A DNA stretch of 64,000 nucleotides, from positions 65,343 through 129,342 of the forward strand of contig CAZHIA010000006.1 of NCBI GenBank assembly GCA_964532425.1, given 5' to 3'. The stretch is from an uncultured Candidatus Saccharibacteria bacterium (GTDB lineage Bacteria > Patescibacteriota > Doudnabacteria > UBA920). The notes under the pieces were generated by a model. It did no database searches, was not told the DNA's origin, and saw only the letters and a list, made by a program, of their open reading frames with translations. Below are positions 1 to 9,021 of the stretch, one piece after another; the first letter of the stretch is position 1, and every line of letters begins with the position of its first letter. The position numbers and the translations under genes are program-made.

Positions 1-19
1 CGGCCCGATTCGACTGCAT
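1..19 (-). CDS. 5' end of a leftward gene running off the window
   Basis: Minus strand reads AAGGAGGGGTA-ATG CAG TCG AAT (strong SD, ATG at 19-17); only 6 codons are visible. Confidence 0.35.
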
Positions 20-322
20 TACCCCTCCTTCCCGCCTCACCGCGTAGGCTGCTGATACCAGTACGTTCTGATTCGTAGCGCAGCTTTGCCCTATTCGGTC
101 GGATACCGTTGCATCAAGGGAGTGTCCTCAGCCCTCGCAACTCATCGACGACCTCACAGGATGCACCAGCGTGAGTTTGACTTGTGATATAGTATACTAT
201 ATACAAGGATAATTTGGCAAGCCCTGGTATATGAGTGAGCACCAATAAGGCTTGTTTTAAAGCAAATATTAAGCGTGAGATTGAGCCTTCCAAGCCGGAA
301 GGTATTTTGGTATAGTCTTAAT

Positions 323-1714
323 ATGCTACCACAGATTAAAAAGTCTCATAAGCCAGTCTACTTAGACCACGCTGCAGCTACCCCATTGGACGCCAAGGTA
401 AAAGCCAGTATGGCCCCGTTTTGGGGTGACCGATTCGGGAACCCTTCGGCTTTGTACGGGCAGGGGCGGCAGGCTTCCCATGCTCTGGAAACCGCCCGGA
501 AGACCATTGCCGGCCTGATCGGTGCTCGTTCTGATGAAATTGTGTTTACGGCCGGTGGTACGGAAAGCACAAACCTGGCGATTTTTGGAGTTGCAAACAG
601 CAGCAGACTGGATGACGGAAAACAGCCGCATTTCATAACAACCGCGATTGAGCATCATGCCGTGCTTCGTCCGTTGGAGGCCTTGCAGCGCAGAGGCTGC
701 TCAGTTTCTTATATTGATGTCGATGAATTTGGATTCGTAAAACTCAAACAGCTGAAGGCTGCGGTTAAGCCTGAAACTGTATTGATTTCCATTATGTATG
801 CCAACAACGAAATCGGGACAGTCCAACCGATTGCTGAAATAGGGAAGTGGCTCAGGTCGTTGAATGAGCAGCGCAAAGCGGCAGGACTTCCGGTGATTCT
901 GTTGCATACTGATGCGTGCCAGGCTGCTGGTAGTCTTGATATTCAGGTCAGTCGTCTCGGTGTTGATCTGCTGACTGCCAACGGCAGCAAAATCTATGGA
1001 CCCAAGCAGGTAGGATTCCTCTATGTCAGATCAGGGGTCCGGCTGCAGCCTTTGATATATGGCGGCGGGCAAGAGCGGAACATGCGTTCAGGTACGGAAA
1101 ACGTGCCCGGGGCTGTCGGTCTGGCAGAAGCCCTGCGCCTCGCACAAAAAGAAAGAATGCGAGAAAACCGCCGTTTGCGGAAATTGCGGGATTATTTTCT
1201 GTCCCGCCTGGAACAGCTGGTGCCGAAGATTGCTTTGAATGGCCCGGACGAGCGCGGATTTTCTATCGATGATACCCTGCTTGCCCGAAGCGGCAGTTTT
1301 GAAGATGCAAAAAACGGCGCTACGGTTGGACCGCTGCGCCTCCCGAACAATCTGAATGTCTCCATCCTCGATATCGAAGGAGAAGCAATGCTGCTCTATT
1401 TGGATTCTTACGGCATCTGCGCTTCGACCGGAAGTGCGTGCACTTCGCAATCACTGGACCCGTCACATGTCATACTTGCCATCGGGCGGCCCTATGAGTA
1501 TGCTCATGGCTCGATGCGTTTTACTTTGGGCAGGTCGACGACCAAAGAAGATATAGATTTTGCCCTGAAGGTCATTCCGGGAGTGGTTGCGGAACTGCGG
1601 CGGATCAGTCCCATTAATTTGGACCCTCAAAAGCCAAAGCAGATCTCGGAAGAGCGGGCATTTGTCGGGCAGCGCATGGACAAGTTCAGGAATAAGAAGG
1701 TGAAGAAAAGTTAA
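323..1714 (+). CDS. iscS: Cysteine desulfurase (IscS/NifS family)
   Basis: YLDHAAATP, FTAGGTES, IEHHAV, HTDACQA, PLP lysine in NGSKIYGPK, RSGTEN, catalytic Cys in STGSACTS. Start placed at ATG 323, 6 nt after a TATAGT -10 box. Confidence 0.93.
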   Translation: MLPQIKKSHKPVYLDHAAATPLDAKVKASMAPFWGDRFGNPSALYGQGRQASHALETARKTIAGLIGARSDEIVFTAGGTESTNLAIFGVANSSRLDDGKQPHFITTAIEHHAVLRPLEALQRRGCSVSYIDVDEFGFVKLKQLKAAVKPETVLISIMYANNEIGTVQPIAEIGKWLRSLNEQRKAAGLPVILLHTDACQAAGSLDIQVSRLGVDLLTANGSKIYGPKQVGFLYVRSGVRLQPLIYGGGQERNMRSGTENVPGAVGLAEALRLAQKERMRENRRLRKLRDYFLSRLEQLVPKIALNGPDERGFSIDDTLLARSGSFEDAKNGATVGPLRLPNNLNVSILDIEGEAMLLYLDSYGICASTGSACTSQSLDPSHVILAIGRPYEYAHGSMRFTLGRSTTKEDIDFALKVIPGVVAELRRISPINLDPQKPKQISEERAFVGQRMDKFRNKKVKKS

Positions 1715-1836
1715 CTGTTGGCGTATGGATGCCATATAGTTTCTTTGCCTTGTCCTGTTTAGTAATACTGAGGCAGAAATTTGCAATACCCAATCCGCTT
1801 CCGCCAGTCGGCAGATGGCGGAATAATTTCGAACAA

Positions 1837-2514
1837 ATGGCAAGCCGCAAAATTATCAACAAAGAGAGATTGAAAAATTCAGATGTCGTCAATCAGTACA
1901 CCGGCGAGACCTGGGTGTATAGCGAGACGGTCAAGGATCATTTTTTTCATCCGCGCAATTTGCTGCTTGAAACTCCGGCGGGAGGTTATTTCGATGCGGA
2001 AGGAATGGTGGGCAGTCCGGCCTGCGGCGACATGATGACTGTGTGGCTGAAGGTGGACCGTGAGGCTGACCGTGTTTTGGAGATGAAATGGAAAACTTTC
2101 GGTTGCGGTAGTGCTATTGCAGCCACCAGCATGTTCAGTGTTATGGTCACCGAGAATGGCGGCATGCTTATCGAAGATGCGCTCGCGATCAAACCCCAGC
2201 ATGTCATGGAGCGGCTGGGTGGTTTGCCGAACCGGAAGATCCACTGCAGTGTTTTGGCTGACAAGGCATTCCGAAAAGCGGTCAACGAATATTTCCGAGC
2301 GACCGGCCAGCACCACCGTATCATTGTCGAAGGATCGCGGATTGTTGACCGGCGTCTGAATATCACGGATAAGGATATTGAGGAAGCCGTCTTAGAAGGC
2401 GCGAAAGATTTGGTTGGGGTGCAACAAAAATTAAAATGCGGAGTAGGGGACCCTGATGCGGTAGTTGAGATTGAACAACTTATCAGGTTCTATACGGAGA
2501 AATATTATGGGTAA
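1837..2514 (+). CDS. nifU: Fe-S scaffold, IscU/NifU N-terminal domain plus degenerate BFD-like domain
   Basis: YSETVKDHFFHPRN, PACGD, KTFGCGSAIA and KIHCS give the three scaffold cysteines. C-terminal ITDKDIEEAV..GAKDL..VQQKLKCG resembles a BFD fold. Start moved to ATG 1837. Confidence 0.87.
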   Translation: MASRKIINKERLKNSDVVNQYTGETWVYSETVKDHFFHPRNLLLETPAGGYFDAEGMVGSPACGDMMTVWLKVDREADRVLEMKWKTFGCGSAIAATSMFSVMVTENGGMLIEDALAIKPQHVMERLGGLPNRKIHCSVLADKAFRKAVNEYFRATGQHHRIIVEGSRIVDRRLNITDKDIEEAVLEGAKDLVGVQQKLKCGVGDPDAVVEIEQLIRFYTEKYYG

Positions 2515-2782
2515 ACGGCGGGCTATTCAGGGCGAACCAAAAGAGATTATGTATTTTTTCATCCAAAATTTTGAGCAGGCCGCCGACGGTGATGAAATGC
2601 TCCGGGAGCGGATCGGGGAAGCCCTGCTCGCAATCGGTGTGAAGATACTGGAGTATGATACTACCGGGGGCAGCCTTGGTATCATTAACGAGTCCGAGAG
2701 GGAAGGGACTGTGGCAGACGTGTATAAGATATTCGACAGCCTCGGTCTGCAATCCCGCTATTTGAGGTCTGAATTCGTATGA
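2507..2782 (+). CDS. Hypothetical protein inside the Fe-S operon
   Basis: Overlaps both nifU and the next gene, consistent with translational coupling; no recognised motif. Confidence 0.55.
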   Translation: MGKRRAIQGEPKEIMYFFIQNFEQAADGDEMLRERIGEALLAIGVKILEYDTTGGSLGIINESEREGTVADVYKIFDSLGLQSRYLRSEFV

Positions 2783-3036
2783 AGAAAAATATTGTTGATC
2801 AACAAGTTGCTGACATCGTACATGAACTGTTTGCGGAATTCGAACCAGTATTCAAAGCCCATGGCGGTGGAGCGGAATTGCTCGCTGCCAGTCCGCGTTC
2901 GATAACTCTTCACTTGAAAGGCCATTGCGCTGGATGCGCTTTGGCTCCGTTGACTTTTGGTCTTGGACTTGAGAAAGCATTGAGAGAAAAAATCCCGACT
3001 CTTAAGGAAGTCAGGTACGCTTCGCTGGAAGGCTAG
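2779..3036 (+). CDS. NifU C-terminal / NfuA-like Fe-S carrier
   Basis: FKAHGGGAEL...LKGHCAGCALAPLTFGLGLEKALREKIP matches the NifU-C CxxC signature. Confidence 0.82.
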   Translation: MKKNIVDQQVADIVHELFAEFEPVFKAHGGGAELLAASPRSITLHLKGHCAGCALAPLTFGLGLEKALREKIPTLKEVRYASLEG

Positions 3037-3140
3037 TGAATTGTTGTTCTTTGAATAATAAGCCGGCCATTGTGTTTAAAAAGTATCATAATATAAGTCA
3101 CATTTAATATATTATAATTATCATTTAATCATAAGCGACC

Positions 3141-3419
3141 ATGGGAGCAAAGTATAAATACATAAAAATTGACCGCGAGCTTTGTATTGGCGCAGCAAGC
3201 TGCGTGGCAGTATACCCGGAAATCTTTCAGCTCGATGCAGAGAACAAGGCTATACTGTTAAAGAATGACGGCCGTCATACGTCTGAACAAACGCAAGTGG
3301 ATGTTTTGTCTTGTCAGAGCGTTGATGATGATCAATTGCTGCTTGCCGCACAGAGTTGTCCCACAGCCGCAATATTTCTCTATGGTGCTGATGGAACGCA
3401 GCTTTATCCGGAAATGTAA
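3141..3419 (+). CDS. Ferredoxin (single 3Fe-4S/4Fe-4S cluster type)
   Basis: IDRELCIGAASCVAVYPEIF ... AAQSCPTAAI. Confidence 0.85.
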   Translation: MGAKYKYIKIDRELCIGAASCVAVYPEIFQLDAENKAILLKNDGRHTSEQTQVDVLSCQSVDDDQLLLAAQSCPTAAIFLYGADGTQLYPEM

Positions 3420-3429
3420 TGATATACGT

Positions 3430-3696
3430 ATGGTCAATGATAACCTTGTCCATCCATTTGAAGACGAGTTTGCGGGGGAGGGGGAACGCTATATCGAGAA
3501 GTATCAGGAAGAGCTGTTTAAGCAGTCCGAGCCGTCTCCTGAACTACTGGAGTCGCTAAAAACTCAAGATCACAAAACGCTCAGGCGTTTGCGGAATGTA
3601 TTGCTGGAAGTTTTAGAAAATAACACTGACACGCCGGAGAAGTATCAGCGTTCTATTGATGCGATTAATGAAATTTTAGAATCATCGGCCAATTAG
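3430..3696 (+). CDS. Hypothetical acidic protein
   Basis: ATG 3430 just after the ferredoxin stop; helical and charged; no motif. Confidence 0.5.
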   Translation: MVNDNLVHPFEDEFAGEGERYIEKYQEELFKQSEPSPELLESLKTQDHKTLRRLRNVLLEVLENNTDTPEKYQRSIDAINEILESSAN

Positions 3697-4242
3697 ATTT
3701 TGCTATTAAATGTTATAGGGAGCTGTGGACAATTTTCTACCCATCGCGTCGCGCAATGTATCTTGGACGACATGGAATAGATTAAAATTCGCTTATTTCG
3801 TTCCTATGCCAGTCTTGTCTAGTTTTGTTAAGTTAGCTTTATCCTGCCCTGCGGCAGGATTTTTTGTTTGATGGCTCAGTTCCAAAACCGATCACGCCTC
3901 TCTATTAGTTTAAACGCATTTGTTCTCTAGTTGGAATATTCTGTTTTTTTATTAATATTTTTATAAGATAAATACGTTGTTAATAAAAAGTATATGTATT
4001 TATCCTGGGATATTGAATGGTACCAGTCTTAGCCTTGGGATGATACCGTTATAGATATATTGTCTTACTACATGTCATTCATTATTTTCATATGCTAGGT
4101 TGATTTAGGTCACTGGAAGTTTGGATGAGTAGGTGCATTAAAAAATTTGTGCTGACTCCCCTCGTACCAGTAGCTGTTTGAACCGATGATTCTGATTTAG
4201 CTGACTAGGGTTTGTTGGCACGACATTAAGACTGCTCAATGA

Positions 4243-4266
4243 ATATACTTGATTAATCAAGTATAT
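4243..4266. promoter_or_regulatory. Perfect 24-bp palindrome upstream of the SDR gene, possible operator
   Basis: ATATACTTGATT-AATCAAGTATAT with no loop and no U-tail. Confidence 0.35.
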
Positions 4267-4348
4267 AGACGCGAGTTGCTTAAGATCGTCTTGTCCCAGG
4301 AATATAAAAAGCGGTATACTATAACAAAGGAAATTAAAAGTATCTATC

Positions 4349-5038
4349 ATGGAACTTAGAGACAAGGTAGTGGCGATCACCGGATCATCGACTGGACTCG
4401 GGTGGGCGCTGGCCAGAAGTTTTGCAGCCGAAGGTGCCAAGGTTGTTTTGAATTCATTTGAGCGGGACAGTTTGCCTGAACTTGCCGAGACAATTAATGC
4501 GAAATATTTTGTCGCTGATGTAACCAATGAACAAAGCCTGCATGACATGGCAGAATATGCAGTAAAGGAATTCGGCAGGCTGGATATCTGGGTGAACAAT
4601 GCCGGCATCTGGCTTCCCTACTCCCCTTTTGAGGAAGTTCAAGTTCAGCGGTTGGAACAATTGATGGCAGTAAATTTTTACGGGACATGGCACGGATGCA
4701 AAGCTGCCGCATCAGTATTTAGGCAACAAGGTACCGGTTGTCTGCTCAACATCTTGTCCATCCGTCCGCTCGAACCGCGGGCAGGCTCCTCGGCTTACAG
4801 CGCCAGCAAGGCTGCAGCGATTGCCCTGACCAAAACATTGCGATTGGAATTGAAGGATGCCGGCATCAGCGTGTGCGGTGTCTATCCGTCAGGCATGAAA
4901 ACAAATCTCTTCGATGAAGAGAAACCGGACGACATGGAGACCTATATGGAACCAGCAGATGTTGCAGGGTTGATTGTCGATAATTTAATGACCGAACATC
5001 CGCAGGAAGACCTGGTCATCAAATCGCCGAATGATTAG
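4349..5038 (+). CDS. Short-chain dehydrogenase/reductase
   Basis: TGSSTGLG, VNNAG, catalytic YSASK. Confidence 0.9.
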   Translation: MELRDKVVAITGSSTGLGWALARSFAAEGAKVVLNSFERDSLPELAETINAKYFVADVTNEQSLHDMAEYAVKEFGRLDIWVNNAGIWLPYSPFEEVQVQRLEQLMAVNFYGTWHGCKAAASVFRQQGTGCLLNILSIRPLEPRAGSSAYSASKAAAIALTKTLRLELKDAGISVCGVYPSGMKTNLFDEEKPDDMETYMEPADVAGLIVDNLMTEHPQEDLVIKSPND

Positions 5039-5061
5039 CATGCTTCGTTAACAATTTTAGA

Positions 5062-5097
5062 AATAAAAAAATTCCGCCACAGCGGAATTTTTTTATT
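5062..5097. terminator. Bidirectional intrinsic terminator
   Basis: AAAAAAATTCCGC-CACA-GCGGAATTTTTTT between convergent genes. Confidence 0.75.
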
Positions 5098-5107
5098 CAA
5101 TTGTATT

Positions 5108-6160
5108 TTACCATTTGGCATGAATGTGGTAACCGGACTGGCCGAAACAACGGCTATCGCTGTCATTTGATCCGGTCAGGACCAAAAATACGTGGCTACC
5201 ATTTAAATTACATTCGAGAGCGACTTGTGACGCACCATTGCTTCGCAGACTTTGGGCAAGGCTCGTTTGTGACTGGGCATTAGCCGGCTGTGGGGCCAGG
5301 TCAACCGCGCGGCCTTGATAATGAGGATCGCTCGCGCTCGAATGGTGGCCACCGGTCATGGATGTGATCATAAACGAATTACCGGAATTAGCCGCGGCCA
5401 GTAACGCGCCAAGCATGGTGCTGTTTACATCGGTCTTTCCCGCGCCGCAGGTAGTACCAGGACCGTCGAATGTAGCTTTTTGGCCTTGCGCAATGGCATT
5501 CAAAGTCGCGTTCGGGCAGTTGCCGGCACAATCGCAGCTGCTGCTATTGATGCTGATGTGGGAATTCGAAATAATTTGCTGGGCAAGTTGAGCGGAAGTT
5601 CTGGTGGGAGGCGGTTGGACCGCCGTACAGGTGTTGCCGCAGGTCGGCTCGGTGAAAGTGCCGTTGGTGTCGTCCCTTGTGCAATCGTTGTTCACGCAGA
5701 GATATTTTGCTTGCGTTACCGGCGGGGTGGTACTTGGCCCGAGTCCTTCTGGCTGAATGTTCTTAAACTCCACCAGCTGCGGATTTAAAGCCTGCAGGAA
5801 CACGTAGCCGAGCAGTAAGATGACCAGGGAGGCAATGGAAGACGTGATCCAGCCCTTGGCTTTGGTAACTGCTTCGCCGTTGCCCCCGGCTGACATGTAC
5901 ATGTAGCCGGCGATCATGATCATGAACATGCCGACGATGCCGGCAACCACGATGGCAAAGCGGTAGAGCTTATTGATGCAGTTGTAAATATCTTGTCCCC
6001 CGCCATTGCCGTTCTGAGATGGCGTACACAGATAGGTGGAGATGCTGCTCTCGACGCCACTGTAGCTGCTGGCTGAAGTGGCAGCCAGGGCCGGCTGGAC
6101 ATAGCCAAAACACAGCTCAAGGAGCAGGAAACATCCGAAAATTGTGCGGCGGACGTTCAT
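5108..6160 (-). CDS. CPR VirB2/TrbC-like pilin fused to an M15/LAS-type Zn peptidase domain
   Basis: Signal peptide; pilin core AGYMYMSAGGNGEAVTKAKGWITSSIASLVILLLGYVFLQALNP; C-terminal HYQGRAVD (H-x6-D) and HIH zinc motifs. Confidence 0.75.
   Translation of the reverse strand: MNVRRTIFGCFLLLELCFGYVQPALAATSASSYSGVESSISTYLCTPSQNGNGGGQDIYNCINKLYRFAIVVAGIVGMFMIMIAGYMYMSAGGNGEAVTKAKGWITSSIASLVILLLGYVFLQALNPQLVEFKNIQPEGLGPSTTPPVTQAKYLCVNNDCTRDDTNGTFTEPTCGNTCTAVQPPPTRTSAQLAQQIISNSHISINSSSCDCAGNCPNATLNAIAQGQKATFDGPGTTCGAGKTDVNSTMLGALLAAANSGNSFMITSMTGGHHSSASDPHYQGRAVDLAPQPANAQSQTSLAQSLRSNGASQVALECNLNGSHVFLVLTGSNDSDSRCFGQSGYHIHAKW
5763..6129. repeat. 367-bp direct repeat, copy 1 (pilin module)
   Basis: Identical by eye to 7318..7684 (offset 1555); the alt-frame ORFs 5920..6120 and 7475..7675 are also identical. 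Confidence 0.93.
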
Positions 6161-6166
6161 TGTAGT

Positions 6167-6625
6167 TTAAGGTAATTGTGTGCTGCCCGCGCAGAAGCTT
6201 AAGCCGAGCTCTTTGCCTGAGTAAGCGCCGTCTACATCGCCAGGCACGCGCACGGAAACATTGAGTTGGCAGGCTTGCTGTTGTGAAATGCCAAGCTGTT
6301 TCAGTAAGTCGTTTTCAGCCAGGTTACGCGCTTGCCCGAGCGGCGGGCTCAGGAGAGTGATCAAGAACGACTGGTCTTTGAAAAAATAAACAAGCTTATA
6401 AGATGCGGATGTATTGATTACGGCAACATCATTGGTTTTTTGAACCGCTTTCTGGGTAAAATCGTTCACTTGCAGCGGGAGGTTGCCCTGGCGGGTCTGC
6501 ACGGCAGTTTTCCCGGCTGGGATAGGCTCCGGCTTGTTCTTGTTCTTGGCCGCGGCGCCGAGCAATGCCAGCACAACGATGCAGCACACTATAAGAATAG
6601 AGCAGATGATGAGAATTTTTTTCAT
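6167..6625 (-). CDS. Membrane-anchored hypothetical protein between the two pilin-hydrolases
   Basis: N-terminal TM helix, extracytoplasmic domain with two Cys (QACQL, SFCAG); stop 6 nt before the next start. Confidence 0.75.
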   Translation of the reverse strand: MKKILIICSILIVCCIVVLALLGAAAKNKNKPEPIPAGKTAVQTRQGNLPLQVNDFTQKAVQKTNDVAVINTSASYKLVYFFKDQSFLITLLSPPLGQARNLAENDLLKQLGISQQQACQLNVSVRVPGDVDGAYSGKELGLSFCAGSTQLP

Positions 6626-6680
6626 ACATGTGCAGGTTGGTGCCCTGCCAGGTTATTGATGAAATAGCTATGGTAACATG

Positions 6681-7727
6681 TTAACGCAAACCGCATTTGT
6701 TGGCGGAATATGCCCACATGTTCCAGTTCGCTCCATTGCCGGAGATCTTGCAGGAATAATTTATGTTGTTCGCTGCATCGGTAATGTAAGAAACGCATGC
6801 GTTGTATTTATTCTGGTCAATGACTTGGCAGTCATACTGTATACAAATGTTGTTTGAAGACTTTCGCAAGCACGTACCTTGCATGCCGGTTCCGTTTACT
6901 TGAATAAAAGACCGCGGGTTGGTGCATGGTCCGCCGATATTGCTGCCATTGGCAATGATATTGACCTGGAATAAGCCCATACTAAAGACACTACCGTCTT
7001 TGCAGACATCGGTCTGGCTTTTTTTGGTCGGATCGCCGCCGCTCTCTATGCCAGCAATCATGGAAGCCGCGGTGGCATTCTGCCCAAAACAGGTGGATTG
7101 TAAATTTGCTACGGAGCCGACTCCATTGTTTAAAACACTGCACTGCCCATTGCCCACCGCCCCGCCTGGGGTGGTTCCACCGGGGGCTGTCCCGCCCGGA
7201 GTCGTGCCTCCCGGAGTAGTTCCTCCAGGGGTGGTCCCGCCAGGGGTTGTACCCCCTGGGGTGGTTCCTCCTGGCTGCGAAACGGACGAGCTGGAGAATC
7301 CTTCAGGCTGCAGGGATTTAAACTCCACCAGCTGCGGATTTAAAGCCTGCAGGAACACGTAGCCGAGCAGTAAGATGACCAGGGAGGCAATGGAAGACGT
7401 GATCCAGCCCTTGGCTTTGGTAACTGCTTCGCCGTTGCCCCCGGCTGACATGTACATGTAGCCGGCGATCATGATCATGAACATGCCGACGATGCCGGCA
7501 ACCACGATGGCAAAGCGGTAGAGCTTATTGATGCAGTTGTAAATATCTTGTCCCCCGCCATTGCCGTTCTGAGATGGCGTACACAGATAGGTGGAGATGC
7601 TGCTCTCGACGCCACTGTAGCTGCTGGCTGAAGTGGCAGCCAGGGCCGGCTGGACATAGCCAAAACACAGCTCAAGGAGCAGGAGGAGGGAAAGAATGGA
7701 TTGGAAAATTTTGTTTTTGATACCCAT
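6681..7727 (-). CDS. CPR pilin fused via a PGGTT linker to a lytic transglycosylase (SLT/lysozyme-like) domain
   Basis: Same pilin core; catalytic motif IAGIESGG, SMGLFQVN, NINYSCKIS..W..W. Confidence 0.78.
   Translation of the reverse strand: MGIKNKIFQSILSLLLLLELCFGYVQPALAATSASSYSGVESSISTYLCTPSQNGNGGGQDIYNCINKLYRFAIVVAGIVGMFMIMIAGYMYMSAGGNGEAVTKAKGWITSSIASLVILLLGYVFLQALNPQLVEFKSLQPEGFSSSSVSQPGGTTPGGTTPGGTTPGGTTPGGTTPGGTAPGGTTPGGAVGNGQCSVLNNGVGSVANLQSTCFGQNATAASMIAGIESGGDPTKKSQTDVCKDGSVFSMGLFQVNIIANGSNIGGPCTNPRSFIQVNGTGMQGTCLRKSSNNICIQYDCQVIDQNKYNACVSYITDAANNINYSCKISGNGANWNMWAYSANKCGLR
7161..7274 (-). repeat. Coding 15-bp tandem repeat, about 7.5 units of PGGTT
   Basis: PGGTT x5, PGGTA, PGGTT, PGG; synonymous positions differ between units. 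Confidence 0.9.
7318..7684. repeat. 367-bp direct repeat, copy 2 (pilin module)
   Basis: Identical by eye to 5763..6129. Confidence 0.93.
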
Positions 7728-7731
7728 AAAG

Positions 7732-9021
7732 TTATTGGGAACCTAAAAAGCTCATCGGGTTATAGGTATATCCGTATGGGACTTTATAAGGCCCGTAGAT
7801 TTTCGTGTATGCGCCGGTGTTGACCCCAAATCCTTCCGCATCATAGACGCCGAAGTGAATATGATAGCCGCGTTCCGGCCCGTATAACTTTTTGGTCGTA
7901 TTGCCTGTATTGCCTTCATAGCCAATGAGGTCGCCCTGTTTGACCTCCTGTCCGGCGCTGACAATGAACCGGCGCATATGCGCATACAAGGTGACAATCT
8001 TGGTCCCGTTGATGTCGTGTTTGACGGCAACCCAGTTGCCGTATTGGGTATCCGAATGATCCGTATCGTATACAATGCCGTCTGCTGCCGCGTAAATTGG
8101 CGTAGCGGCCGGGGCTGCCACGTCGACGCCATTGTGGGAATTATAGCCAAGCGCTGTAAATCCGGTGTTGCCGTAACCTTGCGTCAAAACGCCGTCCATA
8201 GGCCACGCGAGCATTCCCTTGCTGGCCTTAATGCTGCGGTTGCCGAGTTTGGCGCGGATCTTTGAGTCCAAATCATTAACTTCTTTCTGCAGGTCAGCTT
8301 CTTCCTTTTGGCTGCTGGCGAGCAGTTTCTGGTAGTTCTTTTCGAGCCCCCGGGTCTGGTTCAAAAGTTGCTGCTTCTGGTTGCGCTGCTGTTGCAAGTC
8401 GTCCTGGGTCATTTGAAGCTGTTTTTGCAGTTCAGTCAGCTTGTCGCGCTGGACTTCGAGATTATGTTCTTCCTGTTCAAGCTTTGCTTTCAAGTCTTTG
8501 ATTTTTTGGACCAGTTGATAGACCTTGTCTTGGACATTGTTCGTATACTGGATTTGGTCCAGGAAATCGGACAAGCTGTCGCTGCCAATGGTCGTCTTTA
8601 ACGCATACTGGTCGTCGTATTCGTTGAGCTGGACAATAAGCTGGGCCAGGATCTGACGGTTGTCTGCGATCTCTTTGGTCTTTTGGTCGATGAGCTTGTT
8701 GGTTTCCTGGATCTGTAAATTGGTGTCGTCGATCTGCGTCTGTTTGGCTTGAATCTGCAGCTCAGTGGATGCGATTTGGGTATCGTAAATTAGCACTTCA
8801 TTCTTAAGGGTTGAAGCTTTGCTTTGCGTATCCGCGATCTGCCGCTGGTAGGATTTGATCTGCTTGTTCAGATCCTCAATCTTTTTTTGCTTATCCTGCC
8901 TCTGTAAATTCAAAACATCCGTCTCGTTATCAGCCAAAATGCGCGCTGTGGGAAGCCAAAGCGCAAGAATCATAGCCGCTGCAACGGCTGTTTTTATTTT
9001 TGTATCAAACCTGGATTTCAT
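7732..9021 (-). CDS. Secreted coiled-coil plus M23 peptidoglycan endopeptidase
   Basis: Signal peptide, long Q/K/L coiled coil, WPMDG..TQGYG, HNGVD (HxxxD), YGNWV, TLYAHM, HIHF. Confidence 0.9.
   Translation of the reverse strand: MKSRFDTKIKTAVAAAMILALWLPTARILADNETDVLNLQRQDKQKKIEDLNKQIKSYQRQIADTQSKASTLKNEVLIYDTQIASTELQIQAKQTQIDDTNLQIQETNKLIDQKTKEIADNRQILAQLIVQLNEYDDQYALKTTIGSDSLSDFLDQIQYTNNVQDKVYQLVQKIKDLKAKLEQEEHNLEVQRDKLTELQKQLQMTQDDLQQQRNQKQQLLNQTRGLEKNYQKLLASSQKEEADLQKEVNDLDSKIRAKLGNRSIKASKGMLAWPMDGVLTQGYGNTGFTALGYNSHNGVDVAAPAATPIYAAADGIVYDTDHSDTQYGNWVAVKHDINGTKIVTLYAHMRRFIVSAGQEVKQGDLIGYEGNTGNTTKKLYGPERGYHIHFGVYDAEGFGVNTGAYTKIYGPYKVPYGYTYNPMSFLGSQ

Noticed and set aside
20-180. c-di-GMP-I riboswitch in the leftward leader (GGGCAAA)
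   Set aside because: It lacks the GAAA tetraloop hairpin and the GACGCAAA/receptor elements.
275-322. N-terminal extensions in the ORF track (also 1729, 13262, 16358, 40110, 45401, 47057, 51475)
   Set aside because: They overlap promoters, repeats or neighbouring genes; downstream ATGs fit the family boundaries better.
3095-3135. Fur/PerR box upstream of the ferredoxin
   Set aside because: A partial match in very AT-rich sequence cannot be distinguished from chance.
3700-4340. Gene or ncRNA in the AT-rich gap
   Set aside because: Only short broken frames, a terminator-like hairpin near 3841-3865 and one palindrome; nothing assignable.
5763-7684. Diversity-generating retroelement TR/VR pair
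   Set aside because: The copies are identical with no adenine-specific mismatches, lie at the N-terminus, and no reverse transcriptase is in the window.
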